DNA of 64,000 nucleotides from Aeromicrobium erythreum (GCA_036946185.1 JAQIJP010000018.1:6349-70348), one strand, 5' to 3'. Positions 29,962-40,924 are shown, numbered from the stretch's first letter. Notes: generated by a model from the sequence alone, not told the origin. Numbers and translations: made by a program.

Positions 29962-30939
29962 GTGCGGGACATCGTCGTCTTCTCCGGCAGCGCCCATCGC
30001 GGCCTGGCCGAGAGCATCTGCAACGACCTGGGCGTCCCGCTGTCGCCGTCGGAGACCGTGCGGTTCAGCAACGACTGCCTCCAGGTCCAGCTGCTCGCCA
30101 ACTGCCGCCAACGCGACGTCTACATCGTGCAGCCGCTCGTGCCGCCGACGCAGGACCACCTGATGGAGCTGCTGCTCATGGTCGACGCCGCCCGCGGCGC
30201 GTCGGCCGCGTCGATCACGGTCGTGGTGCCGCACTTCGCCTACGCCCGCTCGGACAAGAAGGACGCCTCGCGCATCTCCATCGGCGGCAAGCTCGTGGCC
30301 GACATGATGGCCACCGCCGGCGTCACGCGGGTCGTCACGATGACCCTGCACGCGCCGCAGGTGCACGGCTTCTTCTCGATGCCGCTCGACCACCTGACCG
30401 CGATCGGCGAGCTCGCCGACTACTACCGCGGCACCGACCTGACCGACGCGGTCGTCGTGTCGCCGGACTTCGGCAACGCCAAGACGGCGTCGCAGTTCGC
30501 CCGGCTGCTCGGCCTGCCCGTCGCCGCCGGCAGCAAGCAGCGCAAGGCCGACGACAAGGTCGTCATCGACGCCATCGTCGGCGACGTCGCGGGCAAGCGG
30601 GCGATCGTCCTCGACGACGAGATCGCGACGGGCGGCTCGATCGTCGAGCTCGTCTCGATGCTGGAGCTGCAGGGCGTCACCGAGATCTCCGTCGCCTGCA
30701 CCCACGGACTCTTCACGGGCAAGGCGGTCGAACGGCTGCGCGACCACCCGGCGATCGCCGAGGTCGTCACGACCGACACCGTGCCGGCCCCCGACGACTG
30801 GCCTGAGCTGCGCATCCGCTCCGTCGCCCCCCTGTTCGCGCAGGCCATCGCCCGCATCCACGCGGGCGAGTCGGTCAGCAGCCTCTTCGACGGCGTCGAC
30901 CCGTCGCACGCCCCGCCGCAGCCCAAGCTCCCGCTCTGA
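29962..30939 (+). CDS. prs: Ribose-phosphate pyrophosphokinase
   Basis: FSGSAH, FAYARSDKK, VVSPDFG, LDDEIATGGS, CTHGLF. Confidence 0.92.
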   Translation: MRDIVVFSGSAHRGLAESICNDLGVPLSPSETVRFSNDCLQVQLLANCRQRDVYIVQPLVPPTQDHLMELLLMVDAARGASAASITVVVPHFAYARSDKKDASRISIGGKLVADMMATAGVTRVVTMTLHAPQVHGFFSMPLDHLTAIGELADYYRGTDLTDAVVVSPDFGNAKTASQFARLLGLPVAAGSKQRKADDKVVIDAIVGDVAGKRAIVLDDEIATGGSIVELVSMLELQGVTEISVACTHGLFTGKAVERLRDHPAIAEVVTTDTVPAPDDWPELRIRSVAPLFAQAIARIHAGESVSSLFDGVDPSHAPPQPKLPL

Positions 30940-30967
30940 GCCGCGACGGGGTCGTGCCGGCCGGCGA

Positions 30968-31897
30968 TCAGCGCTGCTGCTCCTCAGCCTGTCGCTCGGC
31001 CGCCCGGCGGACCTCGGCCGGCACCGCGTCGACACGCCGGACCGAGAACCGCGACACCTGCTGCGCGCCGCCGTCCTGGGTGGTGCTCGCCTCGAGCCGC
31101 ACGAGCGCTCCGTCGCGGTCGCGGAACGTGAGCGTCTCGTCTCCGCGCTTGGACTGCATCCAGTGGCTCACGGTCGTCTCGCCCGCCGCCGCGTCGTGGC
31201 GGACGCGCACGCCCGGGACGGAGCCCAGGGCCGTCAAGGCGGTGGCGTAGACGTCGGACGGCGCGTAGCCGTCGGACAGGACGCCGACGAGCGCCTCGGC
31301 CGCACGGCGTCGTGCCGCGTCGTCGACCTCGGCGCCCGGCGGCACCTGAGCGACCCTCCGGACCAGGGCGTCCGGGTCGGTCGGCAGCTCGGCCACGGCG
31401 ACCGGCGTGCGCAGCGGGTTCATCGGGTCTGACGCGTACGTGAACACGCGGTCCTCGGGGTCGGTCCCGGGCCGCAGGTCCGTGCTGCGCTCGTAGAACC
31501 GGCCGTCCGGCAGGACCCAGGTCTCGGTCCGTCGGTCGATGCGCAGGTTCGGCGTGGAAGCGGTCTGACGCAGGCGCTCGACCCGAAGGACGACCTCGCC
31601 GGTGGCGAGCGGACCGCGGTCGGTGCCCTCGGCCGCGGCGGCGACGGCGGCGAGCGGGTTCGGGCGGCCGGAGTCCTCGGCGGGCAGCAGGCTCGGCCCG
31701 ACGACGAGCGCACCGGCGGCCGCGGCGGCGACCAGGCCCACGGCCAGGACGCGTCGACGGGTGGGGCGGCGCACGGGTGCGGGACCGTCCGGGGTCACGC
31801 GGGACGCGCGGGCGAGCACGTCGCCGCGCAGCTCCTCGACGCGACGGGTCGAGCGCTCGAGGACGGGGGAGGGGGACAGCTGCTGGTCGATGCTCAT
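30968..31897 (-). CDS. Membrane-anchored putative anti-sigma factor (CU044_5270-like)
   Basis: Overlaps the ECF sigma stop; RRR followed by a TM segment; ELPTDPDAL motif. Confidence 0.7.
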   Translation of the reverse strand: MSIDQQLSPSPVLERSTRRVEELRGDVLARASRVTPDGPAPVRRPTRRRVLAVGLVAAAAAGALVVGPSLLPAEDSGRPNPLAAVAAAAEGTDRGPLATGEVVLRVERLRQTASTPNLRIDRRTETWVLPDGRFYERSTDLRPGTDPEDRVFTYASDPMNPLRTPVAVAELPTDPDALVRRVAQVPPGAEVDDAARRRAAEALVGVLSDGYAPSDVYATALTALGSVPGVRVRHDAAAGETTVSHWMQSKRGDETLTFRDRDGALVRLEASTTQDGGAQQVSRFSVRRVDAVPAEVRRAAERQAEEQQR

Positions 31898-32448
31898 GAG
31901 GGGACTCCGTCGTCGGTGCGGACAAGGATGCGGGGCGCGCGGGACCCGGGTGGCGACTCGCCGAGCGCCGCGGCGAGCCGCTGGCGTGCCCGGCCGAGCC
32001 GACCGCGGAAGGCCCGCTCGCGACAGCCCGCGGCGACCGCGGCCTGCGCCAGGTCGAGCCCGTCCCAGGTCACGAGGAGCAGGGCCTCCTGCTCCTTGTC
32101 GGTCAGCGTCGCGAACGCCGACGCCAGGTCCATCCGCTCGACGGAGGTGTCCTCGACCGAGGGCCCGCGGGGCGTGGGCTGGGCCTGCAGGAGCGCTCGG
32201 GTCCGCTCTCGACGCCGGCCGGAGCGCCGGTCGTTGGCAGCCAGGTGGCGGGCGGTGACGACCAACCACGGCAGGGCGTCGTCCGGCACGTCGTCGATGC
32301 GGCGCATCGCGACGAGGAACACCTCGGACAGCAGGTCGTCGGCACCGTCGGGGCCGACGTGCCGCACGAGGTAGGCGTGGACGCGTGCGGCGCACGTGTC
32401 GTAGAGCTCGGCGAGACGGCGCTCGCTCTCGTATCGGTTCACACCCAC
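31894..32448 (-). CDS. ECF RNA polymerase sigma factor
   Basis: ADDLLSEVFL, LPWLVVTAR, LLLVTWDGL, RGRLGRARQRL. Confidence 0.9.
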   Translation of the reverse strand: MGVNRYESERRLAELYDTCAARVHAYLVRHVGPDGADDLLSEVFLVAMRRIDDVPDDALPWLVVTARHLAANDRRSGRRRERTRALLQAQPTPRGPSVEDTSVERMDLASAFATLTDKEQEALLLVTWDGLDLAQAAVAAGCRERAFRGRLGRARQRLAAALGESPPGSRAPRILVRTDDGVPS

Positions 32449-32636
32449 TCATGTCCGGCCGCGGGACCTGCGCCACGTCACCTGCCGCACGAGTCTGGCA
32501 CGGGTCCTGCGGTGTCCGAACTCATTCAGCCCGATCGGCGTCCACGAGCCGCTGACCTGGGCAAACGTCCTGGTGTGGCGCGCGGCACCCAGGTTCAGGT
32601 GACGGCGGGGCGGGCGACTGCCTACCCTGGGTCGTC

Positions 32637-33455
32637 ATGAGCGCGACACCGATCGGCATCTTCGACTCCGGTTTCGGGGGTCTCACGGTCGCGCGCGCCG
32701 TCATCGACCAGCTGCCCCGCGAGTCGGTGCTGTACCTCGGCGACACCGCCCGGCAGCCGTACGGGCCGCAGTCGATCGCCGCGGTGCGCGAGTTCGCGCT
32801 CGAGTGCCTGGACCACCTGGTCGACGAGGGCGTCAAGCTGCTCGTCATCGCCTGCAACTCCGCGAGCGCCGCGGTGCTGCGCGACGCCCGCGAGCGCTAC
32901 GACGTCCCGGTCGTCGAGGTCATCGTCCCGGCGACGCGACGCGCCGTCCGCGCCACCCGCAACGGCCGCGTCGGCGTCATCTGCACGCAGGCGACCGCGT
33001 CCTCGCGCGCCTACGACGACGCCTTCGCCGCCAACCCCGACGTCACGCTGGTCACGCAGGCCTGCCCGCGCTTCGTCGAGCTCGTCGAGTCCGGCGTCAC
33101 GAGCGGGCCCGAGACGGAGGCCGTCGCCCGCGAGTACCTGACCCCGCTGCTGGAGCAGGGCATCGACACCCTCGTGCTGGGCTGCACGCACTACCCGCTC
33201 CTGGCCGGTGCCATCGCCCACGTGATGGGTCCGGACGTCACGCTCGTCTCGAGCGCCGACGAGACCGCCAAGGACGTCTACTCGCTGCTCGCCCGCGAGG
33301 GCCTCGAGGTCGGTCCGGACGCCGGGCCGCCGGAGCACCGCTTCCTGACCACCGGTCGGCCCGAGGACTTCGGGGTCCTCGGCCGCCGCTTCCTCGGCCC
33401 CGAGGTGGGGTCCGTGCAGCAGCTGGTCCACCTGCGCGGCAGGATCAGCGCATGA
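32637..33455 (+). CDS. murI: Glutamate racemase
   Basis: [24 protein letters not shown]. Confidence 0.96.
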   Translation: MSATPIGIFDSGFGGLTVARAVIDQLPRESVLYLGDTARQPYGPQSIAAVREFALECLDHLVDEGVKLLVIACNSASAAVLRDARERYDVPVVEVIVPATRRAVRATRNGRVGVICTQATASSRAYDDAFAANPDVTLVTQACPRFVELVESGVTSGPETEAVAREYLTPLLEQGIDTLVLGCTHYPLLAGAIAHVMGPDVTLVSSADETAKDVYSLLAREGLEVGPDAGPPEHRFLTTGRPEDFGVLGRRFLGPEVGSVQQLVHLRGRISA

Positions 33456-34210
33456 GGCTCACGATCGTCGGCTGCGCGGGCTCGTACCCGGGTCCCAGCT
33501 CGGCCGCGAGCTGCTACCTGCTGGAGGCGGACCACGAGGGCCGCACGTGGCGACTCGTCCTCGACCTCGGCAACGGCGCGCTCGGACAGCTCCAGCGCTA
33601 CTGCGACCCCCGTGACGTCGACGCGTTCGCGCTGTCGCACCTGCACCCCGACCACTGCATCGACATGGCCAGCTGGGCCGTGCTGAGCAAGTACCACCCC
33701 GACGGCCCGTACGACGAGATCCCGGTCCTGTCGCCCCCGGGCGCGCTGGGCTACCTCGGCTGGGCCGGCGGGCCGGGCGGCGAGCCCGCCGACACCGGCG
33801 TCCGGTTCGTCGAGTGGGAGAGCGCGCCGGTCCACGAGGTCGGGCCGTTCCGCATCACGTGGGCCCAGGTCGACCACCCGGTGCCCGCGTACGGCATGCG
33901 CATCGAGGCCGGCCGGTCCGTCATCAGCTACTCGGGCGACAGCGGCCCGGTCGACTCCCTCGTCGACCTCGCCCGTGACGCCGACCTGTTCCTGTGCGAG
34001 GCGTCGTTCGTCGAGTCCGCCGACAACCCGCCGCACCTGCACCTGACCGGTGCCGAGGCCGGGACGATCGCGACCGACGCGGCCGCCCGTCGGCTGCTCG
34101 TCACCCACGTCCCCGCGTGGACCGACGTCGCCGAGGTCGAGTCCGACGTCAAGACGACCTGGCAGGGCCCGTACGACATCGTGGCGCCTGGCGACACCTT
34201 CGAGGTCTGA
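33452..34210 (+). CDS. MBL-fold metallo-hydrolase (Rv1339-like)
   Basis: SHLHPDH, YSGDSG, THVP; lies between murI and rph. Confidence 0.9.
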   Translation: MRLTIVGCAGSYPGPSSAASCYLLEADHEGRTWRLVLDLGNGALGQLQRYCDPRDVDAFALSHLHPDHCIDMASWAVLSKYHPDGPYDEIPVLSPPGALGYLGWAGGPGGEPADTGVRFVEWESAPVHEVGPFRITWAQVDHPVPAYGMRIEAGRSVISYSGDSGPVDSLVDLARDADLFLCEASFVESADNPPHLHLTGAEAGTIATDAAARRLLVTHVPAWTDVAEVESDVKTTWQGPYDIVAPGDTFEV

Positions 34211-34263
34211 GGCGCGCCTCGGCCGGACGCCGTCCCGTCGGCACGACGGCCTAGGCTCGGGTC

Positions 34264-34989
34264 ATGGCTACACGTGAGGACGGCCGCGCCGTCGACGAGC
34301 TCCGCCCCGTGACCCTGACCCGCAACTGGCTCGACCACGCGCAGGGGTCGTGCCTCGTCGAGTTCGGGCGCACCCGCGTGCTGTGCGCCGCGAGCGCGCA
34401 GGAGGGCGTGCCGCGCTGGCGCAAGGGCTCCGGCCTCGGCTGGGTCACCGCCGAGTACGCGATGCTGCCGCAGGCCACGCACGACCGCTCGGCGCGCGAG
34501 TCGGTCAAGGGCCGCATCGGTGGTCGCACCCACGAGATCTCCCGCCTGGTCGGCCGCGCGCTGCGCGCTGCCGTCGACTACGAGGCGCTCGGCGAGAACA
34601 CCATCACGATCGACTGCGACGTGCTCCAGGCCGACGGCGGCACGCGCACGGCGGCGATCACGGGCGCCTACGTCGCGCTCGCCGACGCCGTCGCGCACCT
34701 GCAGGGCAAGGGCGCCACGGTCGGCAACCCGCTCGTCACGTCCGTCGCCGCGATCAGCGTCGGCATCATCGACGGCACGCCGATGCTCGACCTGCCCTAC
34801 GTCGAGGACGTCCGCGCCGAGACCGACATGAACGTCGTCATGACCGGTGGGGGCTCCTTCGTCGAGGTCCAGGGCACTGCCGAGGGCGCCCCGTTCGACA
34901 AGGCCGAGCTCGACGCGCTCCTCGCGCTCGCGACCAAGGGCTGCGCCGACCTGACCCGCCTGCAGGAGCAGGCGCTCGCCGGCGCATGA
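34264..34989 (+). CDS. rph: Ribonuclease PH
   Basis: [31 protein letters not shown]. Confidence 0.97.
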   Translation: MATREDGRAVDELRPVTLTRNWLDHAQGSCLVEFGRTRVLCAASAQEGVPRWRKGSGLGWVTAEYAMLPQATHDRSARESVKGRIGGRTHEISRLVGRALRAAVDYEALGENTITIDCDVLQADGGTRTAAITGAYVALADAVAHLQGKGATVGNPLVTSVAAISVGIIDGTPMLDLPYVEDVRAETDMNVVMTGGGSFVEVQGTAEGAPFDKAELDALLALATKGCADLTRLQEQALAGA

Positions 34990-35600
34990 GCCGCGTCGTC
35001 CTGGCGTCCAACAACGCCAAGAAGCTCGCCGAGCTGCAGCGGATCCTGGCGCCGCTCGTCCCGGACGTCGAGGTCGTCGGGCTGGCCGACGTCGCCGACT
35101 ACCCGGAGCCGGCCGAGACCGAGGCGACGTTCGAGGGCAACGCGCTGCTGAAGGCCCGCGCCTGCCTGCAGGCCACGGGGCTGCCGTCCCTCGCCGACGA
35201 CTCGGGCCTGTGCGTCGACGCCCTCAACGGCATGCCCGGCGTCCTGTCGGCGCGCTGGTCCGGCGTCCCGAAGGACCAGGGCGGCGACCAGGCCAACAAC
35301 GACCTGCTGCTCAAGCAGATCGGCGACGTCCCCGACGAGCGGCGCACGGCGGTCTTCCGCTGCGTCATCGCGTTCTGCACGCCGGACGGTGCCGAGGTCG
35401 TCGAGGTCGGCGAGATGCCGGGCCGGATCCTGCACGAGGAGCGCGGCGCGGGCGGCTTCGGCTACGACCCGCTGTTCGCGGCCGACGGCTACGACGTCTC
35501 GACCGCCGAGCTGCCGAGCGAGGAGAAGGACCGCATCAGCCACCGCGGCCGCGCCCTCGCGCGGATCGCCCCGCACGTCGCCGCCGCCCTGCGCCCCTGA
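34986..35600 (+). CDS. rdgB: Non-canonical purine NTP pyrophosphatase
   Basis: [27 protein letters not shown]. Confidence 0.95.
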   Translation: MSRVVLASNNAKKLAELQRILAPLVPDVEVVGLADVADYPEPAETEATFEGNALLKARACLQATGLPSLADDSGLCVDALNGMPGVLSARWSGVPKDQGGDQANNDLLLKQIGDVPDERRTAVFRCVIAFCTPDGAEVVEVGEMPGRILHEERGAGGFGYDPLFAADGYDVSTAELPSEEKDRISHRGRALARIAPHVAAALRP

Positions 35601-35610
35601 GTCCCGCGGG

Positions 35611-35696
35611 GGACGAAGGATTCTGCATTCCGCACGGGGGGCTAAGGATTCTGCATCCGACACGACCGTCCGTGTCGGATGCAGAATCCTTCGTCC
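35611..35696. repeat. REP-like palindrome of the GGACGAAGGATTCTGCAT family, with an extra arm
   Basis: AAGGATTCTGCAT occurs twice, then the inverse ATGCAGAATCCTTCGTCC; same family as 50487-50542. Confidence 0.85.
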
Positions 35697-35708
35697 ACCC
35701 GGGACGGG

Positions 35709-36416
35709 TCAGGACGCGCTGCGGGGCTTGCTGAGGTCGGCGATGACGCGGTCGGCGATGCGGGTGCTGCCGGCTCGGTTCGGGTGGATGCCGTCGACGA
35801 CGTGGTCCCACGAGTCGAGGGTGCCGGTCGTGTCGACGTACTCGAGCCCGAGCCGGTCGGCGGCGGCGTGCACGATCGACGTGATGCGCCGGCCCTCCCA
35901 CGGGTCGAGCGGCCCCCACGGCGGGCCGAGCACGACGATGCGGGTCGAGCGCGGCATCCGGGTCTTGACGAGGGTCAGGTAGCGGGTGACGGCCCGCTCG
36001 ACGCGCGCGTCGCTCGCGCGCACGAAGCGGCCCTCGACGCACCGCGCCCAGTCGTTGCGTCCGCCCTCGACGATGAAGACCGACGGGGCCGGACGACGCA
36101 GCGCCTGCGGCCGGTCGACGAACTCGTTGCCCGTGCACCGCAGGCCCGGGCGCTGGTAGCCGGAGCCCGACTGCGCGTACGTGCGCACCGGGGCGTCGAA
36201 GTGCCGGCCGACCATGCTCCACCAGCCCTGCGCCTCGCTGCCGGGGTCGTCGTCGTACCGCGCGGTGATCGAGTCGCCCACGACGACGATGCCGTGCCGG
36301 TAGGGCCCGGACCCGGTGTCGGCGGCGCCGGTGCGCACGGCCGACCAGACGACGAGCAGGGCCGCCACGAGTGCCACGACGACACCGATCCGCAGCCCTG
36401 GCCTGAGTACCTTCAT
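35709..36416 (-). CDS. Secreted SGNH/GDSL hydrolase
   Basis: VGDSIT, GGRND, DGIHPN. Confidence 0.88.
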   Translation of the reverse strand: MKVLRPGLRIGVVVALVAALLVVWSAVRTGAADTGSGPYRHGIVVVGDSITARYDDDPGSEAQGWWSMVGRHFDAPVRTYAQSGSGYQRPGLRCTGNEFVDRPQALRRPAPSVFIVEGGRNDWARCVEGRFVRASDARVERAVTRYLTLVKTRMPRSTRIVVLGPPWGPLDPWEGRRITSIVHAAADRLGLEYVDTTGTLDSWDHVVDGIHPNRAGSTRIADRVIADLSKPRSAS

Positions 36417-36547
36417 CGCCGTTCGTCCTCCCGAGTCCGAGTGAACTGTACGCCCACGTCTGCGCAGGTGAGGGGCACTCTCAGCAAGTTCATCGAAACG
36501 ACTCCGGGGTCGCCCGCGAACCTGCTCAGAAGGTGTTCAGAACTCCC

Positions 36548-37021
36548 TCAGGAGGGATGGTCGACGCCCTCGAAGCCCTGCTGGCGCCATGCCTCGTAGA
36601 CCGCGATCGCGGCGCAGTTCGCGAGGTTCATCGAGCGCCGCCCCGCGAGCATCGGCAGCCGGAGCCGGTCGGTGATCCGCGGGTGGGCGAGGACCTCGTC
36701 GGGCAGCCCGGTCGGCTCGGCCCCGAACATCAGCACGTCGCCCGGGTCGAAGGCGACGTCGGTGTAGGTGCGGGTCGCGCGCGTCGTGAAGGCGAACACC
36801 CGTGCGTCCGGCAGGGCCGTCAGCGCGGCCTCGAGGTCGGCGTGGACCGTCACCGACGCGAGGTCGTGGTAGTCCAGGCCGGCCCGGCGCAGCTTGGCGT
36901 CCGACAAGTCGAAGCCGAGCGGCTCGACCAGGTGCAGCGCGGCACCGGTCGCGGCGGCGAGACGGATCGTGTTGCCGGTGTTGCCCGGGATGCGGGGCTC
37001 GTGGAACAGGATCCGGAACAC
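36548..37021 (-). CDS. trmL: tRNA (cytidine(34)-2'-O)-methyltransferase
   Basis: EPRIPGNTGN, LRRAGLDY, FGAEPTGL, SMNLAN. Confidence 0.93.
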   Translation of the reverse strand: MFRILFHEPRIPGNTGNTIRLAAATGAALHLVEPLGFDLSDAKLRRAGLDYHDLASVTVHADLEAALTALPDARVFAFTTRATRTYTDVAFDPGDVLMFGAEPTGLPDEVLAHPRITDRLRLPMLAGRRSMNLANCAAIAVYEAWRQQGFEGVDHPS

Positions 37022-37059
37022 GACGGTCAGCCTAGGCCGTCGGGTGCTAGCGTCCGCGC

Positions 37060-37488
37060 ATGGCTGCCCCGCTGCGCGTCCACGTGACGCACGTCTTCGC
37101 GTCCGACCCCGCCACCGTCCACGCCGCGCTCTCCGAGCACGAGAACCTCGGCGCCGTGTTCGCCCCGGCGAAGATCACCCGCGTCCGCGACGGCGACACG
37201 TCGCGCAACGGCGTCGGGTCCGTCCGACGGCTCAAGATCGGCCCGCTGCCCGCGTTCGAGGAGACGGTCACCCGCAGCGAGGAGCCGTCGCTCATCGAGT
37301 ACGAGATCACCAAGGGCGGTCCGCTGAAGGGCCACTGGGCCGTGCAGAACCTGACGCCGACGGCGCAGGGCGGCACCCGCCTGGAGTACCGGATCGGCTT
37401 CGACGCCCCGGTGCCCGGCCTCGCCAAGGTCGTCGGACTGGCCCTGACCCGGTCGATCAGCGCCGGGCTGCCCAAGCTCGCCGACTGA
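37060..37488 (+). CDS. SRPBCC family protein
   Basis: GVGSVRRL, FEETVT, IEYEITKG. Confidence 0.82.
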   Translation: MAAPLRVHVTHVFASDPATVHAALSEHENLGAVFAPAKITRVRDGDTSRNGVGSVRRLKIGPLPAFEETVTRSEEPSLIEYEITKGGPLKGHWAVQNLTPTAQGGTRLEYRIGFDAPVPGLAKVVGLALTRSISAGLPKLAD

Positions 37489-37489
37489 C

Positions 37490-38401
37490 TCAGTCGCCGA
37501 CGACCATCTCGTCGCGCCACGGCGGCTGCGCCCCGGCCCGGCCGACGGTGATGGCGGCCGCGCGGCTCGCGACGCTCGCGACGCGACGCCAGAACGGCAG
37601 GTCGGCCTCCTCCAGCACGCTGCGCCCGTCCGGGCCGAGCGCAGCCTCGTCGTCGAGCGCGGCGATCAGGCCTGCCATGTAGGAGTCGCCGGCGCCGACG
37701 GTGTCGACGACGTGCGGAGCCGTCGCGGGCAGCCGGACCGAGCCGCGCGCGGTGTGGACCCGGGAGCCGTGGGCGCCGAACGTGACCGCGACCGCCACGG
37801 GCCCGTGCCCGATCCAGCGCCGCGCGACGTCGGCCGGGTCGTCGTGCGGGTGCAGGAACGCGAGGTCCTCGTCGCTGACCTTGACGACGTCGCTGAGCGC
37901 CACGAGCGACTCGATCCGGGCGGTCGCCTCGGCCCGGTCGGGGACGAGGTCGGGCCGCAGGTTCGGGTCGAGCGTCACGACGCTCGTCGGCGCGAGCCGG
38001 CGCAGGGCGTCCTCGACCTCGTCGGCACCCGGCTCGAGGAACGTCGCGATCGAACCGGTGTGGACGGCGTCCGGCGACGTCGTGGGCTCGATCCGGCCCG
38101 GGTCCCAGGCGAGGTCGAAGGTGTACGTCGCGCTGCCGGCGGCGTCCAGCCGGGCGATCGCCGTGGCGGTGCGGTCGGGCTCGCGGAGCCCCGGCACGAC
38201 CTGCACGCCGGACTCGGCCAGGTGCATCCGCACGAGCGCGCCGTGGTCGTCGGTGGCGAGCATCGTCGCGAGCTGGGTCTGCAGCCCGAGCCGGGCCAGC
38301 CCGACCGCGACGTTCGCCGGGCTCCCGCCCGGGTGCTCGGTCCGGGAGCCGTCCGGGCGCTCGACGACGTCGACGAGCGACTCACCGACGACGAGGATCA
38401 T
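37490..38401 (-). CDS. PfkB family carbohydrate kinase
   Basis: GGSPANVA, DPNLR, VKVSDED, DTVGAGD. Confidence 0.92.
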   Translation of the reverse strand: MILVVGESLVDVVERPDGSRTEHPGGSPANVAVGLARLGLQTQLATMLATDDHGALVRMHLAESGVQVVPGLREPDRTATAIARLDAAGSATYTFDLAWDPGRIEPTTSPDAVHTGSIATFLEPGADEVEDALRRLAPTSVVTLDPNLRPDLVPDRAEATARIESLVALSDVVKVSDEDLAFLHPHDDPADVARRWIGHGPVAVAVTFGAHGSRVHTARGSVRLPATAPHVVDTVGAGDSYMAGLIAALDDEAALGPDGRSVLEEADLPFWRRVASVASRAAAITVGRAGAQPPWRDEMVVGD

Positions 38402-38471
38402 GCGTCCGATCTTGCCGCACCCGAGCGGTCGGGCGCAGCGCAGCGCGCCGTCGCCCTATCCTGGGCCGCGG

Positions 38472-38557
38472 GCCGGTGTGGCGGAACGGGTAGACGCGCA
38501 GGGTTTAGGTCTCTGTGTCCACTGGGCGTGCAGGTTCGACTCCTGTCACCGGCACCA
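38472..38557 (+). tRNA. tRNA-Leu(TAG)
   Basis: Acceptor GCCGGTG/CACCGGC-ACCA; anticodon arm CAGGG-TTTAGGT-CTCTG; long variable arm; GGTTCGACTCC. Confidence 0.95.
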
Positions 38558-38588
38558 CGCGACCCCCACCACCCCGGGGGAGGGGGCG

Positions 38589-39065
38589 TCAGGCGGCGTC
38601 GAGGCCGAGGTCGCGACGCAGCTTGGCGACGTGGCCGGTGGCCTTGACGTTGTACTGCGCGAGCTCGATCGCGCCCTGCTCGTCGACGACGAACGTCGAG
38701 CGGATGACGCCCTCGACGACCTTGCCGTAGAGCTTCTTCTCGCCGAAGGCGCCCCACGCCGTCAGGACCTCCTTCTCGGGGTCGGACAGCAGCGTGATCG
38801 TGAGACCGTCGCGCTCGCGGAACTTCGCCAGCTTCTCGGGCTGGTCGGGGGAGATGCCGAGGACGGTGTAGCCCTCGGACTGCAGCCGGTCGATCGAGTC
38901 CGAGAAGTCGCAGGCCTGCTTCGTGCAGCCGGGCGTCATGGCGGCGGGGTAGAAGTACACGATGACCTTGCGGCCGCGCAGATCCGAGAGGGTGACCGAC
39001 GAACCGGTGTCGTCGGGGAGCGTGAAGTCGGGGGCGGGGTCACCGGGCTGCAGTCGCGTCGTCAT
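38589..39065 (-). CDS. bcp: Thioredoxin-dependent thiol peroxidase Bcp
   Basis: YFYPAAMTPGCTKQACDF. Confidence 0.95.
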   Translation of the reverse strand: MTTRLQPGDPAPDFTLPDDTGSSVTLSDLRGRKVIVYFYPAAMTPGCTKQACDFSDSIDRLQSEGYTVLGISPDQPEKLAKFRERDGLTITLLSDPEKEVLTAWGAFGEKKLYGKVVEGVIRSTFVVDEQGAIELAQYNVKATGHVAKLRRDLGLDAA

Positions 39066-39116
39066 GGGTCCTATCCTTGCAAGACGTTCCCGGCACCACC
39101 GACGAGAGGCGCATCC

Positions 39117-39365
39117 GTGGGCAAGTCTGAGACCGACGAGCTGGTCGACGAGATCGAGCAGATCCGGCTGCGCCTGGCCGACACGGTCGACGAGCTGGTC
39201 GACCGCACGAGCCCCAAGAACATCGCGCGCCGGACGATGGACAACGTCCGCTCGAAGTTCGTCGACGAGACCGGCTCGGTCCGGCTCGAGACCGTCGTGC
39301 CGATCGTCGTCGGTGTGGCCGGCATCGTCGCGGCCGCCGTCGTCGCGCGCCGGGTCCTGCGCTGA
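39117..39365 (+). CDS. DUF3618 family small membrane protein
   Basis: EIEQIRLRLADTVDELVDRTSPK plus a C-terminal TM segment. Confidence 0.8.
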   Translation: MGKSETDELVDEIEQIRLRLADTVDELVDRTSPKNIARRTMDNVRSKFVDETGSVRLETVVPIVVGVAGIVAAAVVARRVLR

Positions 39366-39373
39366 GCCGTCCC

Positions 39374-39700
39374 ATGAGCGACGACCGCAAGCTCCCGATC
39401 CGGATGCTGCACGACCGTCTGCTCGTGCGTCTGGACGACGAGGCCGGCGACCGGCGCTCCGCGGGCGGCATCGTCATCCCCGCGACGGCGGCGATGGGCA
39501 AGCGGCTCGCGTGGGCGCGCGTCGAGGCGACCGGGGCCCAGGTGCGGTCGGTCGAGGTCGGTGACCGCGTGCTGTTCGACCCCGAGGACCGGGCCGAGGT
39601 CGAGGTGCGCGGCGAGGACTTCGTGCTGCTGCGCGAGCGCGACCTGCACGCCGTGGCCTCCGAGCGGATCGAGGAGGGCCAGACCGGCCTGTACCTCTGA
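39374..39700 (+). CDS. GroES family co-chaperonin paralog
   Basis: MLHDRLLV, GGIVIP, VGDRVLF, LLRERD. Confidence 0.88.
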   Translation: MSDDRKLPIRMLHDRLLVRLDDEAGDRRSAGGIVIPATAAMGKRLAWARVEATGAQVRSVEVGDRVLFDPEDRAEVEVRGEDFVLLRERDLHAVASERIEEGQTGLYL

Positions 39701-39715
39701 GACCGGTCGGACGCC

Positions 39716-40831
39716 ATGCGCCGAGCACTCGACGGCCGCTTCGGCCGGTACCTCCCACGACCCCAGGAGACCCTGGCCGACCGGCTGCTGTCGCTGCGCC
39801 GTCGCTGGCGGCTGCTGCTGCGCCTGAGCGTCTCCACGACCCTCGCCTACGCGATCTCGACCCACCTGCTCGGCCACCAGCAGGCCTTCTTCGCGCCGAT
39901 CTCGGCCGTCATCGTCATCACGGCGGGGGCCGGGCTGCGAGGCCGCACGCTCTACGAGCTCGTCGCGGGCGTGGCGCTCGGCGTGCTGGTCGGCGAGCTG
40001 CTCATCCTCACGATCGGCCGGGGGACGTGGCAGATGGCGCTCGTCGTCGGCCTGACGGTCGTCCTGGCGACGCTCGTCGGGATCAAGGGGCTCGCCCTGA
40101 CGCAGGCCGCGAGCTCGTCGGTCCTGCTCGCGGCGGTGCTGCCGGCTGCCGGCGCCGGCAACCCGGCGGTCACCAGGTTCCTCGACGCGCTGGTCGGCGG
40201 CCTGTGCGGCCTGCTGCTCGTGCTGCTGCTGCCGAGGAACCCGCTGCGGGACATCGACCGCGAGGTCCAGTCGCTGCTCGAGCGGCTCTCGATCGCGCTG
40301 GGCGACGTCGCGCTCGCCCTGCGCGAGCAGGAGTTCGAGCACGCCGAGCGGGCGCTGGCGACGGCCCGCGGCATGACCGGCCTGATCGGGACGGTCGAGG
40401 CGACCGCGGCGAACGTCGCCGAGATCGCGCGGATGTCGCCGATGCGGTGGCGCCAGCGCCAGCGGGTCGAGCAGTACGTGCGCAGCGTCCAGAACTTCGA
40501 CAACGCCGTGCGTGACACCCGCGTGCTGGCGCGACGGACGTCGGCGATGCTGCGCCACCACGAGGTGCCGCCCGAGGACTTCGCCCTCGCCGTCGAGTCG
40601 ATGGCCGAGGCGGTGCGGATCTTCGCCGACGACCTCGCGCAGGACGAGCAGTTCGACCACGCCCGCCAGCGGCTCGTCGACGCCGCCCGGATCGCGGTCA
40701 CCAGCCTGCCGACCGCGATGACCCTCAACAGCGCAGCCATCGCCGCGCAGGTGCGCTCGCTCGCGGCCGACCTGCTGTACGCGAGCGGCTTCACCCGCGA
40801 CGAGATCGACGAGCGCCTGGACTTCGACTGA
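39716..40831 (+). CDS. FUSC / aromatic acid exporter family protein
   Basis: GHQQAFFAPISAVI, RFLDALVGG; N-terminal TM bundle. Confidence 0.85.
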   Translation: MRRALDGRFGRYLPRPQETLADRLLSLRRRWRLLLRLSVSTTLAYAISTHLLGHQQAFFAPISAVIVITAGAGLRGRTLYELVAGVALGVLVGELLILTIGRGTWQMALVVGLTVVLATLVGIKGLALTQAASSSVLLAAVLPAAGAGNPAVTRFLDALVGGLCGLLLVLLLPRNPLRDIDREVQSLLERLSIALGDVALALREQEFEHAERALATARGMTGLIGTVEATAANVAEIARMSPMRWRQRQRVEQYVRSVQNFDNAVRDTRVLARRTSAMLRHHEVPPEDFALAVESMAEAVRIFADDLAQDEQFDHARQRLVDAARIAVTSLPTAMTLNSAAIAAQVRSLAADLLYASGFTRDEIDERLDFD

Positions 40832-40924
40832 GCGGCGCGGCGGGGTCGACAACCGCCGTCCCGCCGCGCTAGGTTGGCCAGGCGTCGACCGACGCGACCC
40901 CGACTGACCAGGAGGTGAGCCCCG

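Noticed and set aside
39374-39700. GroES without GroEL
   Set aside because: A stand-alone GroES paralog beside bcp and DUF3618 is a familiar actinobacterial arrangement.
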